Assembly (NCBI GenBank): GCA_002104905.1
Contig: MCFE01000648.1
Span: 1-49,968, forward strand
Source: Basidiobolus meristosporus CBS 931.73
Lineage: Eukaryota > Fungi > Basidiobolomycota
Length of the DNA stretch: 49,968 nt
Direction of reading: 5' to 3'
The position numbers were made by a program, and so were the translations under genes. Positions 12,335 to 22,172 of this stretch are shown piece after piece (position 1 is the first letter of the stretch; the number at the start of each line of letters is the position of its first letter). Under the pieces are notes generated by a model. The model had not been told where the DNA came from, did no database searches, and worked only from the letters and a program-made list of their open reading frames with translations.

Positions 12335-12649
12335 TGTGATCACAGCATCAAGTTTTTTGCCATATAAGGCAATTGAATGTACTGGCTGGTTAGATCCACT
12401 CCAATAATTGTAGAGCGCATTAAGACAGCAACAATGCCATGTCACCCTTGGCAAAACACCACTCAAACACTGTTATGTTTTTTAACTTTTTTTGGCAGTA
12501 AAATTAGCCAAACTCCATTGTGATCCAGTCATAAGATTGTGTAGATGGTCATTAATTCCAAGCTGCTGGTATTATAGCAGTCTCCTGATGGGATCTTGAT
12601 GGTTGATCTGGATTGGGTCCACCCACAGGACCAAATTATTTTCAATGGG
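12335..12649 (-). mobile_element. Left-terminal fragment of a second CACTA-like copy
   Basis: The reverse complement aligns with 2654-2965 and begins CCCATTGAAAATAATTTGGTCC. Confidence 0.8.
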
Positions 12650-13091
12650 GTGAGTTTGCAGAGAAAGGCAATTTGTGTGCCACAGCCTCCACATCCTCCA
12701 TTGCTGACAGAGAGGAGATCCCACTGACAGACTGTTGTAAAAGTCTTGGAGATATTGGAAGTGATTGGGAGGACAAGTAGATTTTGTAGTTTTCACCTAA
12801 TGAATTATTGAATGTAAAAGTAGTATTTATACTTTTACCTGGTCTTGGCATAACAAGCACGTAAAATAGGTAAAGAAAGGTCCCAAGAACATGTGTGCAA
12901 AGTTTGGGGCTGTTTGAACAACTTTGAGAATTTTCATGTTCTGGGTACCTGGTTTTTTGGCAAAAATATTTGAAGTAAATCCCAACAAGGAATTTGGTCA
13001 GTATTCTCTAGGATTTGAAGGTAATGATCTAAGTGACTAAGTTAGGTGAATATTTAGGTAGAGTTACAAACTTTACAACACTCCCACTCAG

Positions 13092-16000
13092 CTAAATGTT
13101 CATACTGACTAGTCCTAACTTTGACCTAAGATATTCAAACTTGTCTCTGGCTAATGGTTTGGTAAATATGTATGCAAGCATTTCATCTTTAGGACAGTAC
13201 GCTGAGCTAACTAAGTTATTCTCTATAGCATCATGTATGAAATGATGTCTAATATCTATGTGCTTGGTTCTAGCATGAAAAGTTGGATTTCTACCTAATT
13301 GTATACATCATTGATTATCTTGAAATAAAGTAATAGGCATTTTTTGACATAGGCCTAAATCTGTAAAAAGTTTTCTTAACCACATTACTTCTGTTGTAGC
13401 TTCACAGGCTGCCATATACTCTGCCTCTGTGGTGGAAAGTGCTCCAGTTGGCGGCTTTCTTGAATTCCATTAAATTGCTCCTTTACAGTAGAGAAAGCTG
13501 TACCCTGTGGTGGATCTTCTGTCTAATCTGATGGAACCAAACTTGGCTACTGGTGCAACGGTCTCAGTATAGTCAAGTCCTTTTGTTTGAGAGTATTGCT
13601 TAGCTACAAGTCTTGCTTTGCATCTTTCAGTTGTACCATCAGCCTTGTATTTTGTCTTGAAGACCCATCTGCATCCAATTGATTTTTGGTTGGTTGGTAA
13701 TTTGACTAAGTCCCAAGTTTGATTTTCCATCAGGGCCTGATATTCCTCAGTCGTTGCAGATCTCCAAACTTTGTCTGAGGGCTATTTAGGGCCCCTTTAC
13801 AGTCTGGGGTTCATCAACATGGACTGAATAGGCATTGGCTAAGTTTGTACCCCCATCAATATAGTAATTTGGGCTATTTCTTGTTGGATTGGATCTCCAG
13901 GCATTTGGTACTGGAATGATCACTTCTGGGATATTCCTGGGCACGGATTCTGGCTGATCCATGGTTGTAGAGTCCTCTGGAGTGAATAATTCTTCATTGT
14001 TTTGCTCTGATTCAATCCTGACAATTGGTGGACTTGAGATCAAATTTTTGTTGTCATCTGATGTCATTTTTTGTGAAAATTTTGGATTTTCATCTAACAA
14101 CACATCCCTGGACTTGATTGACTTCTTTACTTTGGTGTTGTAGAGTCTGTATGCCCTACTCCCATTGCAGTAGCCCAAAAATCTGCATTTTACACTTTTT
14201 GGCTCAAATTTTGACTGATTTCTGGGCAGTTTCTTGGCATATATTGTACACCCAAATATTCTTGGATGTTCTGCACCTGGTCTGTATCCATACCATACAT
14301 CAAATGGAGTAGAACCACAATGTATTCTGTTATAACTCCTATTTTTAAGATATACAGCAGTGGCAACTGATTCCACCCAGAAATCATAGGATATTTTTTG
14401 ATCATGGATCATAGATCTTGCCATATGAATTATTGATCTGTTAGCATGTTCTGCTACTCCATTTTGCTGTGGGGAATATGGTACAGTAGTCACTTGCTTT
14501 ATCCCATGAATTGTGCAGAGGTGGATGAAGAGTTTTGAGGTATATTCTCCACCATTGTCAGAGTGTATTTTCTTGACTTTTTCACCAGTTTCTCTCTCCA
14601 CCATGGCTTTAAACTCCCTGAGCTTAGACAGAGCTTCTTCCTTTCTCTCCATGAAGTAGATCCATGTGTATCTTGTATAATCATCAATAAAAGTGATTAA
14701 ATACCTCATTCTGCCTAAGGATAAATTTTGCATAGGTTCACGCAGATCTGAGTGAGTTAGATCTAATTTTTTCTTAGTTTTGATTAACCCAGAGCGCTTG
14801 AACAGTTGTCTGGCTTGTTTCCCATATATGCAGGCCTCACAGTGCTCCAAATGGCTGGGGGATCAATTTTTACTCCAGAAATTAGCTGATCTTTGATCAT
14901 TTTGCGCAAATAATCAAAATTGATATACCCAAATCTCCTGTGCCAAAGCATTGGTGTTTCTTCATTTAAGTTACTTATATTGGCTTCCAAATATGATGGA
15001 ATATAAGTCAACCTCTCTAGATTCTGATCTCTGATACCCAAAACAATATGGGCACCATTCTGATTAGTGATCTTGCATCCAGAATTGTCAAAGCAGAAAC
15101 TGAGTCCTTCTGCAGTGGCCTTGCTTACAGATAGTAGGTTCTTGGCTATTTCTGGTACATAGAGTACTTCTTTAAAGGTCAGTGTATGGCTTTCTTCACT
15201 GCTTCTAAAGTTTACTTGGATAGTTCCTTCTCCCACTGCATCAAGTGCTCTGTTGTCATCCATGAAAACCTACTTGATTGGAATTTCTTGATAATGAGTA
15301 AACAGTTCTTTTTGATGTGTAAAGTGTTGAGATGCTCCAGAGTCAATTTAACACATCTGAGAATCCCTGTTTGTGGTCATATTTAGTGCAGATTTGAATA
15401 GTCTATCTTCAGTTGTTGCAGCATTTCCATATTCAGGCTTCTTTTGCTGATAATCTCTGGTTTTGAGACACTGGTCTGATGTGTGTCCTTTCCTTTTGCA
15501 GTAGTTGCAAAACAGGTTGCTGTTTCCTTTGTAGGGTTTTGGGTACCTCCTTTGTTGGTTGTTGTTGCTTATTAAAGCATTTTCCTCTTCCTTCCTATTG
15601 GCGCTTGATTTTCTTAATTCTTCATCTAGGAGCCTTCCATCTACATAACTTAATATCAAATCTTCAGTTCCAGACTCTAGGGCTGATATAAGGCCCTTAA
15701 ACATGTCTGTCAGGCTATTGAGGATGGTAACTATCACATCCTCATCCGTAGTAGGTACACCCACATATTCCATCTCATCTACCAGCAGGGTAATTCTGTT
15801 AATTAGATTTTTCATTTCTTCTCCTGGCAGCATCTTTGTAGTAAAGAATTTTTGTCTTAGATACATTTTCTTAGTGGCTGCACATCACTGGTAGGTGTCA
15901 TCTGATGCCTTCCAGGTATTCTTTGCCATTTTTGCTCTTGAGCATTGAATTAGCAATTTGTCTTTAACATTGAGGCAAATGCTGTTAAAGGCACTTTGTT

Positions 16001-16211
16001 CTTTCTTCTGGTACTTCAAGGCTTACTCTCCCATGTTTTTAGGAGGGCATTTTTCTCCCATGACAATATCCCAAAGGCCTCTTTCTTGTAGCAGCATCTT
16101 CATCTTCACCTTCCACACTTGGTAGTTGGATCCATCCAACTTTTCAGCAGAGGGAAAAATTCCAGTAATAGCAGTAGTAGACATTGCAGAGAGTGACAGC
16201 TCAGGGCTCAT
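13092..16211 (-). pseudogene. Element A gag-pol, disrupted, with ~849-bp deletion of the RT core
   Basis: CNYCKRKGHTSDQC knuckle and integrase motifs. The fusion KFGSIRL|DRRSTTGY corresponds to loss of 19320-20168 of copy B. Confidence 0.9.
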
Positions 16212-16215
16212 AACC
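16202..16215 (-). other. Primer-binding site GGTTATGAGCCCTG (anticodon arm of initiator tRNA-Met)
   Basis: Directly abuts the LTR. The + strand reads CAGGGCTCATAACC, the anticodon-arm sequence of yeast-type initiator tRNA, as in the Ty5 PBS. Confidence 0.85.
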
Positions 16216-16526
16216 TGGTGTAAGAGTCTTGGCAATATTAGAAGTGATTGGGAGGACAAGTAGATTATGTGGTTTTTGTTGTAAAAATTTGTATTTCCAC
16301 CTAAATATTCACCTAACTTAGTCACTTAGATCATCACCTTCAAATCCTAGAGAATATTGATCAAATTCCTTGCTGGGATTCACTTAGAATATTTTCACCA
16401 AAATACCAGGTACCCAGAACATGAATATTCTCAAAGTTGTCCAAACAGCCCCAAACTTTGCACACATGCTCTTGGGACCTTCCTTAACTTATTCTACGTG
16501 TTTGTAATGCCAAGACCAGGTAAAAG

Positions 16527-16554
16527 TATAAATACTACTTTTACATTCAATAAA
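16527..16554 (+). promoter_or_regulatory. LTR TATA box (TATAAATA 16527-16534) and poly(A) signal (AATAAA 16549-16554)
   Basis: Motifs sit at the same LTR position across the family copies (AATAAA altered in the 11786 solo LTR); function inferred. Confidence 0.55.
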
Positions 16555-16629
16555 TCATTAAGTGAAAACCACATAATCTATTTGTTTTCCCAATCACTTC
16601 CAATATCTCCAAGACTCTTACACCAGGTT

Positions 16630-19600
16630 ATGAGCCCCAAGCTGTCACTCTATGCAATGTCTACTACTGCTATTACTGGAATTTTTCCCTCTGCTGAAAA
16701 GTTGGATGGATCTAACTACCAAGTGTGGAAGGTGAAGATGAAGATGCTGCTACAAGAAAGAGGCCTTTGGGATATTGTCATGGGAGAAGAATGCCCTCCT
16801 AAAAACATGGGAGAGGAAGCCCTAAAGTACCAGAAGAAAGAACAGAGTGCCTTTAACTGCATATGCCTTAATGTTAAGGACAAATTGCTAATTCAATGCT
16901 CAAGAGCAAAAACAGCAAAGAATGCCTGGAAAGCATTAAAAGACACCTACCAGTCATGTTCAGCTGCTAAGAAGATGTATCTGAGACAAAAATTCTTTAC
17001 TACAAAGATGCTGCCAGGAGAAGAAATGAAAAATCTGATTAACAGAATTACCCTGCTGGTAGATGAGATGGAATCTGTGGGCGTACCAACTACTGATGAG
17101 GATGTGATAGTTACCATCCTGAATAGCCTGACAGACAAGTTTCAGGGCCTTGTATCAGCCCTAGAGTCCAGAACTGAAGATTTGACCTTAAATTACATAT
17201 ATGAAAGGCTCCTGGATGAAGAATTAAGAAAAACAAGCGCCAATAAGAAGGAAGAAGAAAATGCTTTAATAAGCAATGATAACCAACAAAGGAGATACCC
17301 AAGACCCTACAAAGGCAACAGCAACCTGTTTTGTAACTGCTGCAAAAGGAAAGGACACACATCAGACCAGTGTCTCAAAAACAGAGATTATCAGCAAAAG
17401 AAGCCTGAATATGGAAATGCTGCAACAACTGAAGATAGACTATTCATATCTGCACTAAATATGACCACAAGCAAGGATTCTCAGACGTGGTGTATTGACT
17501 CTGGAGCATCTCAACACTTTACACACCAAAAAGAACTTTTCACCCAATATCAAGAAATTCCAATTAAGAAGGTTTTCATGGGTGACAATAGAACACTTGA
17601 TGCAGTGGGAGAAGGAACTATCCAAGTAAACTTTAGAAGCAGTGAAGGAAGCCATACACTGACCTTTAAAGAAGTACTCTATGTACCAGATATAGCCAAG
17701 AACCTACTCTCTGTAAGCAAGGCCACAGCAGAAGGACTCAGTTTCAGTTTTGACAATTCTGGATGCAGGATTACTGATCAAAATGGTGCTCATATTGCTT
17801 TGGGCATCAGAGATCAGAATCTATAGAAGTTGACTTATATTCCATCATATTTGGAAGCCAATATAAGTAACTTAAATGAAGAAACACCAATGCTTAGGCA
17901 CAGGAGATTTGGGCACATCAATTTTGATTATTTGCGCAAAATGATCAAAGATCAGCTAATTTCTGGAGTGAAAATTGATCCCCCAGCTAATTTGGAGCAC
18001 TGTGAGGCCTGCATATATGGGAAACAAGCCAGACAATTGTTCAAGAGCTCTGGGTTAATCAAAACTAAGAAAAAATTAGATCTAACTCACTCAGATCTGT
18101 GTGGACCTATGCAAAATTTATCCTTAGGCGGAATGAAGTATTTAATCACTTTTATTGATGATTATACAAGATACACATGGGTCTACTTCATGGAGAGAAA
18201 GGAAGAAGCTCTGTCTAAGCTCAGGGAGTTTAAAGCCATGGTGGAGAGAGAAACTGGTGAAAAAATCAAGAAAATACGCTCTGACAATGGTGGAGAATAT
18301 ACCTCAAAACTCTTCATCCACCTCTGCACAATTCATGGGATAAAGCAAGAGACTACTGTACCATACTCCCCACAGCAAAATGGAGTAGCAGAACAAGCTA
18401 ACAGATCAATAATTGATATGGCAAGATCTATGATCCATGATCAAAAATTATCCTATGATTTTTGGGTGGAATCAGTTGCCACTGCTGTATACCTTAAAAA
18501 TAGGAGTTATAACAGAATACATTGTGATTCTACTCCATTTGAAGCATGGTATGGATACAGACCAAGTGCAGAACATCTAAGAATATTTGGGTGTACAGCA
18601 TATGCCAAAAAACTGGCCGGAAATCAGTCAAAATTTAAGCCAAAAAGTGTAAAATGAATATTTTTGGGCTACTGCAATGAGAGTAAGGCATACAGACTCT
18701 ACAATACCAAAGCAAAGGAGCTGAGCAAGTCTAGGGATTTGTTGTTTGATGAAAATTCAAAATTTCACAAAAAATGACATCAGATGATGACAAAAATTTG
18801 ATCTCTAGTCCACCAATTGTCAGGATTGAATCAGAGCAAAACAATGAAGATTTTTTTACTCCAGAGGACTCTACAACCGTGGATCAGCCAGAATCAGTGC
18901 CCAGGAATATCCCAGAAATGATCATTCCAGTATCAAATGCCCAGAGATCCAATTGGACAAGAAATAGCCCAAGTTACTATATCAATGAGGATACAAACTT
19001 AGCCTATGCCTATTCAGTCCATGTTGATGAGCCCCAGACTGTAAAAGAGGCCCTAAATAGCCCTCAGACAAGGTTTTGGAGATCTGCAATGACTGAGGAA
19101 TATTAGGCACTGATGGAAAATCAAACTTGGGACTTAGTCAAATTACCAATCAACCAAAAATCAATTGGATGCAGATGGGTCTTCAAGACAAAATACAAGG
19201 CTGATGGTACAATTGAAAGATACAAAGCAAGACTTGTAGCCAAAGGATACTCTCAAACAAAAGGACTTGACTATACTGAGACCTTTGCACTGGTAGCCAA
19301 GTTTAATTCCATCAGATTAATATTGGCTATTGCAGCCAAATATAAGTTTTTTATTCATCAAATGGATGTAAAAACTGCATTTTTGAATGGAGAACATGAT
19401 GAGGATGTGTATATGGACCAGCCTGATGGGTTTGCTGACCAAGATAACCCCCATTTGGTCTGCAAGCTTAAAAAGTCACTATATGGTCTCAAATAATCAC
19501 CAAGAGCCTGGAATTGCAAGATAGATTCTTATTTGGAATCTTTGAGTTTCAAAAGGAGTAATGCTGACTATAGTATATACTATAAGCCAGATAGAGCAAA

Positions 19601-20600
19601 TCCAGTTCAATTAGCTATATATGTGGATGATCTGATTATAGCCGCCAATAACCTAGAAACATTGGAAGAGACTAAATCCAGCCTATCTAAGGAGTTCAAG
19701 ATGTCTGATTTAGGAGAACTTAGTTACTACTTAGGGATTAAGTTCTCCATAGACAGAAGTACCCAGACTATTACCCTAAGCCAATCCAAGTATATTCAAG
19801 ATATACTAAAGAAGTACAAAATGGAAGACTGTAAACCAGCAGCTACCCCAATGGAGACAAACCTTAACTTGGTCAAAACTCAACCAAATCAAGAGAGCTT
19901 GGTGCCATCTGAAAGCCCTGACTTTCCTTATCAATTGATGGTCGGCAGTCTGATGTATATCATGCTTGGAACATGTCTACATATCTCATATTCAGTGAGA
20001 GTTGTCAGCCAACATAATCAGAACTATGGATCTGATCATATTGCAGCAGTTAAGCAGATTTTTAGATACCTAAAAGGAACTGCTGATATTTGCTTAAGAT
20101 ACACTTATAAGGACTCAGAACAAGATCTTGTGGGATACTCTGATGCAGATTGGGGACAAAATTTAGAAGACAGAAGATCCACCACAGGATACACCTTTCT
20201 TTATTGTAAAGGAGTAATTTCATGGAATTCAAGAAAACAACCAACCGTAGCACTTTCCACCACAGAGGCAGAGTATACGGCAGCCTGTGAAGCTACAAAA
20301 GAAGCAATATGGTTAAGAAAGCTGTTTACAGATTTAGGCCTATGTCAAAAAACGCCCATTACTTTATTTCAAGAAAATCAAGGATGTATACAATTAGGTA
20401 GAAATCCAACTTTTCATGCTAGAACTAAGCATATAGATATTAGACATCATTTCATATGTGAAGCTATAGAGAATAACTTAGTTAGCTTAGTATACTGTCC
20501 TACAGATGAAATGATTGCAGACATATTTACCAAGCCATTAGCCAGAGACAAGTTTGAATATCTTAGGTCAAAGTTAGGACTAGTCAGTATGAACATTTAG
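16630..20600 (+). pseudogene. Element B single-ORF gag-PR-IN-RT-RNase H polyprotein (~1320 codons), four stops and one frameshift
   Basis: Domain order: CCHC-type knuckle, WCIDSGASQH, HRRFGH..CEAC, SDNGGEY..QQNGVAE, YVDD, YSDADW..EAEY (copia order). Stops at 17824, 18655, 19104 and 19494; frame change near 18770. Confidence 0.92.
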
Positions 20601-20611
20601 CTGAGTGGGAG

Positions 20612-20720
20612 TGTTGTAAAGTTTGTAATTCTACCTATATATTCACCTAACTTAGTCACTTAGATCATTACCTTCAAATCCTAGAGAATACTGACCAAAT
20701 TCCTTGTAAATCATGAAGTG
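20612..20720 (+). mobile_element. Truncated LTR after the PPT (U3 start, internal deletion, then taaatcatgaagtg)
   Basis: First ~95 nt of an LTR joined to LTR nt ~273-287. Confidence 0.85.
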
Positions 20721-20725
20721 AAAAC

Positions 20726-21073
20726 TGTTGTAAGAGTCTTGGAGATATTGGAAGTGATTGGGAGAACAAGTAGATTATGTGGTTTTCATTTAATGATTTA
20801 TTGAATGTTAAAGTAGTATTTATACTTTTACCTGGTCTTGGCATTACAAACACGTAGAATAGGTTAAGGAAGGTCCCAAGAACATGTGTGCAAAGTTTGG
20901 GGCTGTTTGGACAACTTTGAGAATTTTCATGTTCTGGGTACCTAGTATTTTGGTGAAAATATTCTAAGTAAATCCCAACAAGGAATTTGGTCAGTATTCT
21001 CTAGGATATGAAGGTAATGATATAAGTGACTAAGTTAGGTGCATATTTAGGTGGAATTACAAATTTTACAACA
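20726..21073 (-). mobile_element. Full-length LTR in minus orientation
   Basis: TGTTGTAAGAGTC...TTTTACAACA, 348 bp. Confidence 0.95.
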
Positions 21074-22172
21074 CAGACAAGGTAACAACATCAAGAACTC
21101 AAAAGGTTATAACAATGCCTTTAGTGGAATTTTGGAACATTAATAGGCACACTAAGAGGTTTCTGCACTTCTTCAAGAGCAGTGCTCAAGGAAACACACT
21201 TGAATATTGCAAGGATCTATTGCAAAGACTAGCAGATGAGGTGCTAGACCTTGCAGTGCTGGCTGAAGACCAGGACAAATGGGAACCAGGGAATGAATGG
21301 TGGCATAAAGCCATAGGGTTCCCAGCAAAGTCATGGAAGCAGAGCATTACAGCAGAAATACTAATTGAGTGCCGGATTTTAATGGAGTTACTTGTTAAGT
21401 GTGGGGTTGAGCTTAATGTTAGTGTAGGGTATAAGGACTTGTATAGGTCAATACAATTGGCAATTGAGGTACAACTGAAGTTTCTGTTGTAAAAACTTGT
21501 ATTTCCACCTAAATATTCATCTAACTTAGTCACTTATATCATTACCTTCATATCCTAGAGAATACTAACCAAATTCCTTGTTGGGATTTACTTAGAATAT
21601 TTACCCAGAACATGAAAATTAGATAAGTTGTCCAAACAGCCCCAAACTTTGCACACATGTGCTTGGGACCTTCCTTAACCTATTCTACATGTTTGTTTTG
21701 CCAAGACCAGGTAAAAGTATAAATACTACTTTTATGTTCAATAAATCATTGAGTGAAAACCACATAATCTACTTGTTCTCCCAATCATTTCCAATATCTC
21801 CAAGACTCTTACAACACTTACAACAGTTTCAACAGAAATAAATCAATTTGTATGCATGAAAAGTAAGAGAAATGGTTGAGTCAGAAAGCAAAGAGTGTGA
21901 AAAAGAGGCAGTAGCCAATCAATGTACACAAATGTAGGAGGTGATAGAGTGTCTGGGATCAGAAAGTGCGCAAATTGGCAGGGAACCAATCAAAAGCCAG
22001 CTTTGTATTGTTGTGATGAAAAATTTTGACCAAGTTTTTTGGGAAATCTGGGGTACAATTATTTTTTGATGGTCTTTGCATGGTGTCCTGATGGGATCAA
22101 TACCTCTTAGTTGCAGGACTTTAAACTTGTGACAGCCTTTTGATGAGATCATTGCAATAATTTTTCATAGGG
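21074..22172 (+). mobile_element. Right-terminal part of a CACTA-like copy (continues 12650-12732)
   Basis: Aligns with 8495-9244; ends ...AATAATTTTTCATAGGG followed by TA. Confidence 0.85.
21485..21825 (+). mobile_element. Solo copia LTR with TSD GTTTC and duplicated terminal 9-mer
   Basis: GTTTC at 21480-21484 and 21826-21830; end reads CTTACAACA CTTACAACA; empty site at 8891-8910. Confidence 0.93.

Larger units (their letters stand above)
16277..20725 (+). mobile_element. Ty1/copia element B nested in the 5' LTR of A in opposite orientation
   Basis: 5' LTR 16277-16625, PBS GGTTATGAGCCC 16626-16637, PPT TGAGTGGGAG 20602-20611. The TSD is GTTTT at 16272-16276 and appears as AAAAC at 20721-20725. 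Confidence 0.9.
12733..21073 (-). mobile_element. Ty1/copia element A (with element B nested in its 5' LTR), TSD CAGAC
   Basis: CAGAC at 12728-12732 and 21074-21078. 3' LTR 12733-13080, PPT 13081-13090, PBS 16202-16215, 5' LTR U5 piece 16216-16276. The empty site (ctgaCAGACaagg) is visible at 8491-8503. Confidence 0.9.

Noticed and set aside
17824-17826. Programmed stop read-through or frameshift between the 489-aa ORF and integrase
   Set aside because: Copy C has TAC (Tyr) at this codon and the breaks differ between copies, so these are decay mutations.
16630-20600. Classical CpA-targeted RIP as the main mutational process
   Set aside because: Two stops are CAG>TAG and CAA>TAA, but CA/TG dinucleotides remain abundant and CG is what is missing; LTR pairs are still ~97% identical. 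RIP indices were not computed.
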